Shown piece after piece: positions 41,400 through 48,403 of a DNA stretch of 64,000 nucleotides. Under the pieces are notes generated by a model that made no database searches, was not told where the DNA came from, and saw only the letters and a list, made by a program, of their open reading frames with translations. How positions within the stretch are numbered: position 1 is the stretch's first letter; each line of letters starts with the position of its first letter. A program made the translations under genes and the position numbers. The DNA is from a virus (taxonomy: Duplodnaviria; Caudoviricetes): the IMG/VR virus record IMGVR_UViG_3300033121_001571; one strand, written 5' to 3'.

Positions 41400-42197
41400 T
41401 TAGTCGCAGTCTTCAGCAACAATTTCTGCTCTTATCTTCATAAGAATCTTACCCAGATGATTCTGACCCTCACCTTTACAGACACCCCAGAAGTTATCTC
41501 CCCACCAATTACCTTCAATTATTCGAGCGTCTCCAGTCTGGAGAAGAAGCTCTCTTAGCATTGGATTTTTGAACTTTTCTCTTACTAGATCTTCCATAAT
41601 GCTAAGCTTTTTAGCATCCCAATCACTTGGTAACTTAGCAGCTGCACCAAGTTTTTTAGCTACATAAGGACTTTGTTGTTCTCTTATCAGATTAATTGTT
41701 TCTTCGTCTGAAAACTTTGATGCTTGGTATGCGTGCTCTACAGAGCGCCAGAGTTTACCGTTGTACTTGATGTTACAAGCATACATGTTAGATAAAAATC
41801 TATAGTTGTCTTTAAATACAGATATCACAGAAGGAGTACATGGTTTTCCTATGTAAATTTGGATGTCAAGGTTAGAGACAGTCTCTATGATGAATTCAGT
41901 TTTCTGAATATCAGAATAAAAAAGCGCAATATCGGTGATTGGTTCGTGTTTTTCGTTCTCTGCGTCTAAAAACTCTATTAAAGCATTTTTTGTGAATGCA
42001 GAAGTTTCTGCAAAACGTTCGGAACGAAATCGACGTGATTTAAGCTTGTATCTAGCACATAGATCTACAACTATGTCTTGAAAACCAAATCCTGCTCTAA
42101 CTAAGCATATAGTGTCATTGGGAAGAGTCTTAACATAAGATTCTATAGATTCAATATCCCTCCACGATCTCTGCCCAAGGAACATTATTTTTTTCAC
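41400..42197 (-). CDS. SLOG(DUF2493-like)-NADAR fusion
   Basis: C-half FLSNMY, SVEHAYQASKF, LLLQTGD, DNFWG, GQNHLGKILM (NADAR/YbiA); N-half MKKIMFLGQRSWRD; GTG start at 42197. Confidence 0.85.
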   Translation of the reverse strand: MKKIMFLGQRSWRDIESIESYVKTLPNDTICLVRAGFGFQDIVVDLCARYKLKSRRFRSERFAETSAFTKNALIEFLDAENEKHEPITDIALFYSDIQKTEFIIETVSNLDIQIYIGKPCTPSVISVFKDNYRFLSNMYACNIKYNGKLWRSVEHAYQASKFSDEETINLIREQQSPYVAKKLGAAAKLPSDWDAKKLSIMEDLVREKFKNPMLRELLLQTGDARIIEGNWWGDNFWGVCKGEGQNHLGKILMKIRAEIVAEDCD

Positions 42198-42199
42198 AG

Positions 42200-42269
42200 T
42201 GCCAGTTAAGAGAATCGAACTCTTCACGAGGTGTTTATGATACACCTTCTCAGACCACTGAAAACTGGC
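42200..42269 (-). tRNA. tRNA-CAT (Met or Ile2), short D-arm
   Basis: Stem GGTGT/ACACC, loop AT-CAT-AA. Confidence 0.75.
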
Positions 42270-42275
42270 TTATTG

Positions 42276-42347
42276 TGATCCCAGTGGGATTTGAACCCTA
42301 CAACTCCTGTTTGAGGGACAGGTGACTTACCATTTGTCGATGGGACC
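42276..42347 (-). tRNA. tRNA-Glu(CTC)
   Basis: Glu-type body, loop CC-CTC-AA. Confidence 0.85.
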
Positions 42348-42353
42348 TCACTG

Positions 42354-43020
42354 TTACCAAGTACCTCGCAACCAGTCAGAAAGTCTCCAAGAGTTTCCTG
42401 TGCGATGGTCTTTTACTTGGTCTTCTTGTGTTCTGTAGGTTCTAATCTTGTCGCCTCGCATCCCAGAACCCACTTGATCTTTTCTGTCTTTTTCTTTTTC
42501 TTTTCTAGATCTCTCTAGTTCTTGTTCACTAAGTTTTGCAGCAAGGATCTTGTATGCTGTTGCTTTGTTTTGGTGCTGAGATCGTTCGTTATCAATTCTA
42601 ACTTGAAGTCCTGTTGGTTTGTGAGTCGCTATTACGCAACTCTCAGTTTTATTTCTGTTTTGACCACCAGGTCCCGAACCTCTCGCTGTTGTGATCTCTA
42701 CATCTCTATAATCGAGAGAAAAGTTTGTTTCATCTGAATCTAAGATAGCAACAGTGACTGTAGATGTATGAACTCTACCACGTTTTTCATTTGGTGGAAT
42801 CCTCTGCCAACGGTGTCCACCAGACTCATTTTTAAATATTTCTTTTACGTTTTTGCCGCTTATAAAAAGCTGTACATAACCCGGTCTTGAATCAACGACT
42901 TGACAGTCAAAGACACCTCTTGACAGAGATGTTTGTGTAAGCTTTCATCTGTTCAGACACAAGTGACTTTGCATCATCGCCGCCTTCAGCAGCTCTTATT
43001 TCTAAGATTATTGTTTCCAT
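42354..43020 (-). CDS. RF1-like class-I peptide chain release factor lacking domain 1, expressed by programmed +1 frameshift (~221 aa)
   Basis: Frame 0 METIILEIRAAEGGDDAK...KRCL*; +1 frame D...ESGGHRWQRIPPNEKRGRVHTS...GSGPGGQNRN...RSQHQNK...IRTY...DHR; GGAG RBS upstream. Confidence 0.9.
42906..42921 (-). promoter_or_regulatory. prfB-type +1 frameshift cassette AAGAGG-TGT-CTT-TGA-C
   Basis: Internal SD, 3-nt spacer, CTT-TGA-C; same architecture as E. coli prfB AGGGGG-TAT-CTT-TGA-C. Confidence 0.88.
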
Positions 43021-43062
43021 TAGTTTTCAACTCCAACTCTCAGAGTTATGTATTAAAAATTT

Positions 43063-43172
43063 GTAGTTGTGACTAGGTTCGAACTAGTAACTAGAGTCCT
43101 TTCAACTCTAACTCTACCTTGCTTTGTTACACAAGACGTCACGTGAACAAAGACTTGAGTTTACACAACTAC
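43063..43172 (-). ncRNA. tRNA-like RNA with a hairpin inserted in the D-loop
   Basis: Acceptor AGTTGTG/CACAACT; T-arm ACTAG-TTCGAAC-CTAGT; D-loop insert CTTTGTT...AACAAAG; anticodon loop TGAAAGG. Confidence 0.6.
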
Positions 43173-43174
43173 AG

Positions 43175-43255
43175 TGCCAGAAGAGGGACTTGAACCCTCA
43201 AGCCTTTCGGCGCCGGCTTCTAAGACCGGTGTGTATGCCGTTCCACCATTCTGGC
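43175..43255 (-). tRNA. tRNA-Leu(TAG)
   Basis: Loop CT-TAG-AA, variable arm. Confidence 0.92.
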
Positions 43256-43375
43256 GTTGAAAAAAAATTCAATTCATAGCTGGCATAGTGCAGATCTATG
43301 CTGTGACTACAGGTCGACTGGGGTTCGGTAACCAGAACACAAACTGACTAAGGGACAGCTTTCCCAACCGACTAG

Positions 43376-43458
43376 TGTCATCGGAGGGAGTCGAACCCTC
43401 ACGTTCTTTCGAACACATGCACCTCAAGCATGTGCGGCTGCCGTTACGCCACGATGAC
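43376..43458 (-). tRNA. tRNA-Leu(GAG)
   Basis: Loop TT-GAG-GT, variable arm. Confidence 0.92.
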
Positions 43459-43464
43459 ATTGAA

Positions 43465-43582
43465 AACGTAATTTTGGGACTCGAACCCATCTCCCCTCGC
43501 AACCGAGATCCGTCTCATGCACGAGTCGAACGTGCCAGTTACTACTCCGTCGAGGCGTAGCGCCAACCTACCCAATTACGTT
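43465..43582 (-). ncRNA. tRNA-like RNA with two T-arms (anticodon loop replaced by a structured domain)
   Basis: Closing stem AACGTAATT/AATTACGTT; T-arms GCACG-TTCGACT-CGTGC and TGGG-TTCGAGT-CCCA. Confidence 0.6.
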
Positions 43583-43584
43583 AG

Positions 43585-43652
43585 AGCCCAATCAAGGAAT
43601 TGAACCTTGTCTCTGCTTATGATCGCAGTGTGTTTCCGTACACTAGTCGGGC
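43585..43652 (-). tRNA. Atypical tRNA-CAT-like (8-nt anticodon loop GATCATAA)
   Basis: D and T arms present; 4-bp anticodon stem CTGC/GCAG. Confidence 0.45.
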
Positions 43653-43739
43653 ACTTGAATTTGTCTCTACTCACTGTTGAAGTGAGCTAACACGCCACGT
43701 TACTGGAACTTCTTCGTTTTGTAAGCGACGTAGAGAAAA

Positions 43740-44047
43740 CTGTTGATTGCTTGATCACTCGGCAGAGATCTCACTCTCTGCACCTCAACAACAAAGTCAC
43801 GTTGTTCTGTCACAGAACTCAGTCGCTAGCTAAGCGACATCAACATTCTGGTGAGAATTTACTCACATGCACCCAAGTTCTGAGTCCATTGTCGGTGCAC
43901 TAGTTACGATAGTGAATAAGGAACTGCCTGATCACTTCGTAACTGACATTACGCTTCCTCATTGTATTAGACCTGACCAGTTCCTGGCGTCAGTGCTTTA
44001 CTCCGAACAGAGTTAAGTTCAGCCACGAGTGATCAAGCAATCAACAG
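43740..44047 (-). ncRNA. Candidate ~308-nt structured ncRNA closed by a perfect 22-bp stem
   Basis: CTGTTGATTGCTTGATCACTCG (43740-61) is the exact reverse complement of 44026-47; many internal hairpins; no ORF; strand inferred from flanking tRNAs. Confidence 0.7.
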
Positions 44048-44121
44048 AGTCGAGAGTGAGAATCGAACTCACATGTTCACGGAGTTTGCAGTTCCGCCGC
44101 TGGCCTTTGGCGTTTCTCGAC
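44048..44121 (-). tRNA. tRNA-Cys(GCA)
   Basis: Loop CT-GCA-AA, U73. Confidence 0.88.
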
Positions 44122-44196
44122 AAAAATCGATAAAACACTTTTCATTCAGTGTCAATCGATTAGCGTGAATCTCAAATTTTAACTTGAGATTCACAG

Positions 44197-44268
44197 TCAG
44201 GAAGGAGGGACTCGAACCCCCGCCCACCGGTTTCCAGAACCGGGAGTCTGCCGCTGACGTACTTCCTG
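44197..44268 (-). tRNA. tRNA-Pro(TGG)-like, atypical loop TC-TGG-AA
   Basis: C1-G72/A73 Pro-type acceptor; stem CCGGT/ACCGG. Confidence 0.65.
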
Positions 44269-44273
44269 ATTGT

Positions 44274-44355
44274 AGTTAACGACAGGATTTAACCTGTATG
44301 CTTTTCAGCGTCCCCTCGCACTTGAAGAGATGTGTCTACTTTCCACCACGTTAAC
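44274..44355 (-). tRNA. Atypical Leu-type tRNA with enlarged anticodon loop (TTCAAGTGC)
   Basis: Leu-like D-loop and variable arm; irregular anticodon arm. Confidence 0.45.
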
Positions 44356-44358
44356 AAG

Positions 44359-44432
44359 CGCTCTCGGTAGGATTCGAACCTACGACCTCACCGTTCGAAG
44401 CGGTGCACTCTATTCCACTAAGTTACGAGAGC
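44359..44432 (-). tRNA. tRNA-Arg(TCG)
   Basis: Loop CT-TCG-AA. Confidence 0.92.
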
Positions 44433-44437
44433 AATTG

Positions 44438-44508
44438 TAACCGCAGTTAGACTCGAACTAACACTTTTACCGTGTCGAGGTAATGTTCTACCTTTGAACT
44501 ATGCAGTC
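44438..44508 (-). tRNA. tRNA-Val(GAC)
   Basis: Loop TC-GAC-AC. Confidence 0.82.
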
Positions 44509-44510
44509 AT

Positions 44511-44585
44511 TGGTGGGAGTGCTTGGAGTTGAACCAAGCTACTCGAGCTTATAAGGCTCGATGGGTCGACCGGTCCCACACTCCC
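44511..44585 (-). tRNA. tRNA-Ile(TAT)
   Basis: Loop CT-TAT-AA, A73, CCA. Confidence 0.85.
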
Positions 44586-44593
44586 AAACTAAC

Positions 44594-44669
44594 TGGTGAC
44601 CTTGACGGGATTCGAACCCGTGTAAAGACATTGAAAGCGTCTTGTCCTGGACCGCTAGACGACAAGGCC
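44594..44669 (-). tRNA. tRNA-Glu(TTC)
   Basis: Loop CT-TTC-AA, CCA. Confidence 0.92.
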
Positions 44670-44677
44670 AAACTAAC

Positions 44678-44754
44678 TGGTGCCACAGGTGAGATTCGAA
44701 CTCACAACAAATCGTTTTTGAGACGATCACCTCTGCCGATTGGGTCACTGTGGC
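44678..44754 (-). tRNA. tRNA-Leu(CAA), no long variable arm
   Basis: Loop CT-CAA-AA, CCA. Confidence 0.85.
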
Positions 44755-44757
44755 AAT

Positions 44758-44833
44758 TGGAGCTAGCGAAGGGAGTCGAACCCTCAACCTACTGCTTACA
44801 AGGCAGGTGCTCTGCCGGTTGAGCTACGCTAGC
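44758..44833 (-). tRNA. tRNA-Thr(TGT)
   Basis: Loop CT-TGT-AA, CCA. Confidence 0.92.
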
Positions 44834-44943
44834 AAACCCATCTCTTGTTGAAAACCAACATCTCCCTTTTGGTGTGTGAGGGTGTTTTTTCTTAAACTAA
44901 AGAGATGGTAAGTAAAGCAAAGACACACGTCTTTTACGTTACT

Positions 44944-45029
44944 TGGTAGCCCTGGTCGGACTTGAACCGACACGTCCTTACGAACAGAGGATTTTAAATC
45001 CTCGGCGTCTGCCTTTCCGCCACAGGGCC
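44944..45029 (-). tRNA. tRNA-Leu(TAA)
   Basis: Loop TT-TAA-AA, variable arm, CCA. Confidence 0.92.
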
Positions 45030-45038
45030 ATGTATCAG

Positions 45039-45111
45039 AGCTACACGTGAGAGTCGAACTCACCGCACCTTGCTTACCATGCAAGGATTTCCCCACGGAA
45101 ATCTGTGTAGC
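45039..45111 (-). tRNA. tRNA-Thr(GGT)
   Basis: Loop AT-GGT-AA. Confidence 0.85.
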
Positions 45112-45116
45112 ATTTG

Positions 45117-45190
45117 AGCTAACAGCGAGATTCGAACTCGCTCAATCTCACTTACGAAATGAGTACTCTGTCCTTACGAGCATTGTTAGC
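45117..45190 (-). tRNA. tRNA-Thr(CGT)
   Basis: Loop TT-CGT-AA. Confidence 0.85.
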
Positions 45191-45195
45191 ACTTG

Positions 45196-45270
45196 GGTGA
45201 AGATCGGGAATCGAACCCTGAACCGACTGGGTCACAACCAGTCATGCAGAACCACTACAACATCTCCACC
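45196..45270 (-). tRNA. tRNA-His(GTG)
   Basis: Loop TT-GTG-AC, G-1/C73. Confidence 0.88.
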
Positions 45271-45317
45271 ATGTTAGAAGACTATAACACCCTTAGAACC
45301 GTGTTACACTCCGCCGG

Positions 45318-45389
45318 CGCCCAAGAAGAGATTCGAACTCTTGCTTTTGGTTTCGTAGACCAATGTTCTATCCACTAAACTACAAGGGC
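45318..45389 (-). tRNA. tRNA-Arg(ACG)
   Basis: Loop CT-ACG-AA. Confidence 0.9.
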
Positions 45390-45394
45390 ATTAG

Positions 45395-45467
45395 TGTTGG
45401 AAGTCAGAATCGAACTGACCTATTCTGGGCTTCAACCAGACGCTTTCACCAGTACAGCTTTTCCAAC
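45395..45467 (-). tRNA. tRNA-Phe(GAA)
   Basis: Loop TT-GAA-GC. Confidence 0.85.
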
Positions 45468-45535
45468 ATTTCAGAGTCTCTCCTCTGTGTCACGTTTTGA
45501 AGCCAACGTTGTGCCCAGCGTAAAGCTGGCCTTCG

Positions 45536-45608
45536 TCGGCCCGGCAGGATTCGAACCTGCGACATCTGCTTTGTAGGAGCAGCGTTACTACCGCTGAACT
45601 ACGGGCCG
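45536..45608 (-). tRNA. tRNA-Val(TAC)
   Basis: Loop CC-TAC-AA. Confidence 0.85.
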
Positions 45609-45631
45609 TGAAGACACAAATTTTCAAAGAC

Positions 45632-45708
45632 TGGTCTGGGTGGCAGGATTTGAACCTGCGGCCCCGAGCTCCCAAGGCTCGTGCGCTACCAGACTACGCT
45701 ACACCCAG
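45632..45708 (-). tRNA. tRNA-Pro(TGG)
   Basis: Loop CT-TGG-GA, CCA. Confidence 0.92.
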
Positions 45709-45888
45709 TCAACTTACTTTTTTCTTTTTCTGACTGTCTCTGTCAGAGAGCCGATTTCAAACTCTTTTGAGTCACGGCTTGTTATGTTCGGTTGGAAGAA
45801 ACAGCTCACTAGGGACTAAAAATCCCGTTAGAACTGTACGTGTTATTTCCAACATCAACATCTGAAGAACCGAAGTGCTTGTAATGAT

Positions 45889-45916
45889 AAGATATACCAC
45901 ACAGAGCTTTTGTGCA
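45889..45916 (-). promoter_or_regulatory. Putative promoter of tRNA array 1 (TGCACA-N16-TATCTT)
   Basis: Matches a motif recurring at about 10 sites in the window. Confidence 0.6.
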
Positions 45917-45949
45917 CTCAGAGTGTGCACTTTTTCACTTTTTTATTTT

Positions 45950-46720
45950 TTATGACTTTGGTTGTCTTGAAACGTTCAAAACACCCTCTGAAGAAATTGC
46001 GTGACAAAATCTTTCGTCTCGAAGTAAATCGAGAATATCCATTCTGTTGTTGTCAAGTAAACACTCTCTAGCAACTAACCTAATCCCGTGTGAATAGTCT
46101 GCATAAGTTGATTCGTGACCCAAGTACAAAGGTTGTATATTTTTTCCTGTAGATCTGTGCCACCCATATATTGCAACCTGATCTGGGTGTTTTGATAACA
46201 GATTGGTCAGTACAACATCTTTTTTGTGTCCAACTATAAGAGACTTAGGATCAAAACCTAAATTTTTGATCTGGTTGTTTATCCTAGAATTGTGTTCTTT
46301 GTAACGATATGAACTCATCATAGACGCGTCGTAAGGTGCTCCCCACGGCATTGGTTCTAATTTTTGATCCGTCGCGCGCCAGATCAGTGATACGATCGAA
46401 CTTGTGGGTAGCGTGCAATTATATGCATCCATCACTTGTTGTGCTGATAGTGGAGACATTGGTATTCTTACGTAATCATCATCAGTACCGATACAAAGAT
46501 AATCTTTTGCTACACTTAAAGTCAACTTCGAAGCTTCTTTAGAGTCTTTTGGCAAAAAGAACAACGATATGTCTTCTAATTCTTTTAGAAATTCAGGAAC
46601 ACACCCGTCTAACAGGTGTTCTACTATAAGTTTTTCTCTTATATTTCTTTTCACAGACCAAATTTTGTTCATAAATTCAGTGCCAGTGACAACCTTTTTT
46701 GTCTTGATCTCAAGTTTCAT
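45950..46720 (-). CDS. Conserved-looking hypothetical protein (possible enzyme)
   Basis: DYLCIGTDDDYVRIPM, GHKKDVV, IYGWH, YADYSHGIR. Confidence 0.65.
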   Translation of the reverse strand: MKLEIKTKKVVTGTEFMNKIWSVKRNIREKLIVEHLLDGCVPEFLKELEDISLFFLPKDSKEASKLTLSVAKDYLCIGTDDDYVRIPMSPLSAQQVMDAYNCTLPTSSIVSLIWRATDQKLEPMPWGAPYDASMMSSYRYKEHNSRINNQIKNLGFDPKSLIVGHKKDVVLTNLLSKHPDQVAIYGWHRSTGKNIQPLYLGHESTYADYSHGIRLVARECLLDNNRMDILDLLRDERFCHAISSEGVLNVSRQPKS

Positions 46721-48354
46721 TAAAGTTTTAACGGTTCTACGTTCAAGTCTTCAAAAAACTCTGGGAAAAATTCAGAGTTCTGTTTTAACAGATCTATGAA
46801 GCACTCGTCTAATATGTATGTCTTCGTCCAATCTTGGTGATTTCTAACGCACCTTCCGACTGTCTGCACTAAAGTTCTGACGGTATTCCAGGTGTACCAC
46901 TCTGGAGATTTTGCCATTTTTATTTTTGTGACTTCATCTCCTATGTAAGGAAATGGAATTTTGCAGATAACTTGAAATCTACCCAAATCATCTTTTAGAT
47001 CTAGCCCTTCCATCATTGCTGGTGAAACTATGACTGTTGGTTCTTTTGAAGAAAAGTGATTCTTAAGAATCAGATCTCTATCATTAGATGATTTTTGTAC
47101 TAACAATCTTGGGTCTTTGATCTTTGATATTTCATCTGTGATATTGTATGTCACAGTGTGAATTACACCCTTTTCATTTTTGTGATTTTGCAAGATCTGC
47201 TTGATAGCTTTAGCAATTTTTGGAGATGTGTTTTGAATGTCTTTTTTTGCCATAGAGCCAACAGGAATGTATGTTAGCCCGTATGAGCTAGACTTAAAAG
47301 GACTCTGTATACTGATGAAATCTGTTTTGCTGTCATCTAAACCACAAGATTTATAGAATATGTCCTTTTTCAAAACCGTAGCAGACAAGAATAACTTCTT
47401 CTTACCCATAACGTATAGTAACTTGTTTGCACCTTCTCCAACTTCAATCGGTTTTACTGTGCATTCTCTAGCGTTCTTATTGTAGTCGTTATAAACACAC
47501 ACATAGTTGTCTTTAGACGATGTTTTATCTAACAAAAAACGATTGAGTTGACACAAGTGTTTGTCTAACATCTCGTTTTTCTTTGCAAGAGAAAGAAATA
47601 AAACATCATTCACGCTGTTCTTTTTCACTGCTTTGACAAGCTTCTTGCTAGTTTTCTCTAACAATTCTTTTAAAGCAGGAGCATATTCGTTTTCTAACCA
47701 CCACATAAAATTTTCTCTTTGTCCAAAACTGATCTTCAGTTCTTTATTACAAAATTTCTCTTCTATAAGAGTTGAAGACCACTTTCTAGTTTCATTTTCA
47801 ATGCAGTGTGCTTCATCAAAAACAACTAGCTCTCTTGGTTGAAGAGCACCAGCATACACAGTCTCAGACAGAAGATAGGAGTAATTTGTGATTCCAACAC
47901 ACGCTGCTATGAAACTTTTTTTGCACTGTTTATAAGCACAGTCAGAATCTTTTTTTGCACATGGAATTACTCTGTGAGCTTTTTCACCAAATAAACCTAT
48001 GATCCTAGAAGTTTCTGCACAACTCTGTTTAGAATTCCAAGAACAAGTAAAATTTGAAGAAGAACGTATGTCTCTGACTACGTCACTAAAATCCTTGATA
48101 TATTGATCTTGAAGAGATTTCTGTGAAGTCAATACATACGCAGAACCAATTTCATCACTAGATGAAAATTGTTCTGACATCTTACCCAAAGTAACCGCTA
48201 TTGCAGATTTTCCAATCCCAGTACCAAGTTCAGCGACTACGTAATCTTTTTGTTTGACGTAAAAACTGTCAACAATAAAATCAAGTGCTCGAGCTTGTTC
48301 ATCTCTGACCTTATCAAATGGAAAATGCGGCCGCCAGTCAAGACTTTTGCTCAT
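46720..48354 (-). CDS. DinG/YoaA/Rad3-like SF2 helicase
   Basis: Q-motif, GTGIGKS, DEAH, SAT, EGLDL, QTVGRCVR. Confidence 0.9.
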   Translation of the reverse strand: MSKSLDWRPHFPFDKVRDEQARALDFIVDSFYVKQKDYVVAELGTGIGKSAIAVTLGKMSEQFSSSDEIGSAYVLTSQKSLQDQYIKDFSDVVRDIRSSSNFTCSWNSKQSCAETSRIIGLFGEKAHRVIPCAKKDSDCAYKQCKKSFIAACVGITNYSYLLSETVYAGALQPRELVVFDEAHCIENETRKWSSTLIEEKFCNKELKISFGQRENFMWWLENEYAPALKELLEKTSKKLVKAVKKNSVNDVLFLSLAKKNEMLDKHLCQLNRFLLDKTSSKDNYVCVYNDYNKNARECTVKPIEVGEGANKLLYVMGKKKLFLSATVLKKDIFYKSCGLDDSKTDFISIQSPFKSSSYGLTYIPVGSMAKKDIQNTSPKIAKAIKQILQNHKNEKGVIHTVTYNITDEISKIKDPRLLVQKSSNDRDLILKNHFSSKEPTVIVSPAMMEGLDLKDDLGRFQVICKIPFPYIGDEVTKIKMAKSPEWYTWNTVRTLVQTVGRCVRNHQDWTKTYILDECFIDLLKQNSEFFPEFFEDLNVEPLKL

Positions 48355-48403
48355 CAATATTTTGTACAAAATACTGAAGCTGTGTATTGTTTAAAGTTCT
48401 TAT

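Noticed and set aside
42900-42925. Release factor as a pseudogene or sequencing error
   Set aside because: The break coincides with a complete SD-3nt-CTT-TGA-C cassette and both parts keep all motifs; a read check is still advised
43740-44047. RNase P RNA, tmRNA or group I intron
   Set aside because: No GAGGAAAGUCC/P4 partner, no tRNA-like ends with a tag ORF, and no recognisable P7 motifs
40425-44355. Possible amber/opal suppressor tRNAs (CTA in the loop at 40425; TCA in loops at 42276, 43585, 44274)
   Set aside because: Stem registers place AGA, CTC, CAT-like and CAA-like triplets at positions 34-36; CTA and TCA are off-centre
39816-45675. Short ORF-track entries across tRNA array 1 (and 55022-56338 in array 2)
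   Set aside because: Most overlap tRNA genes or are antisense to them; treated as spurious
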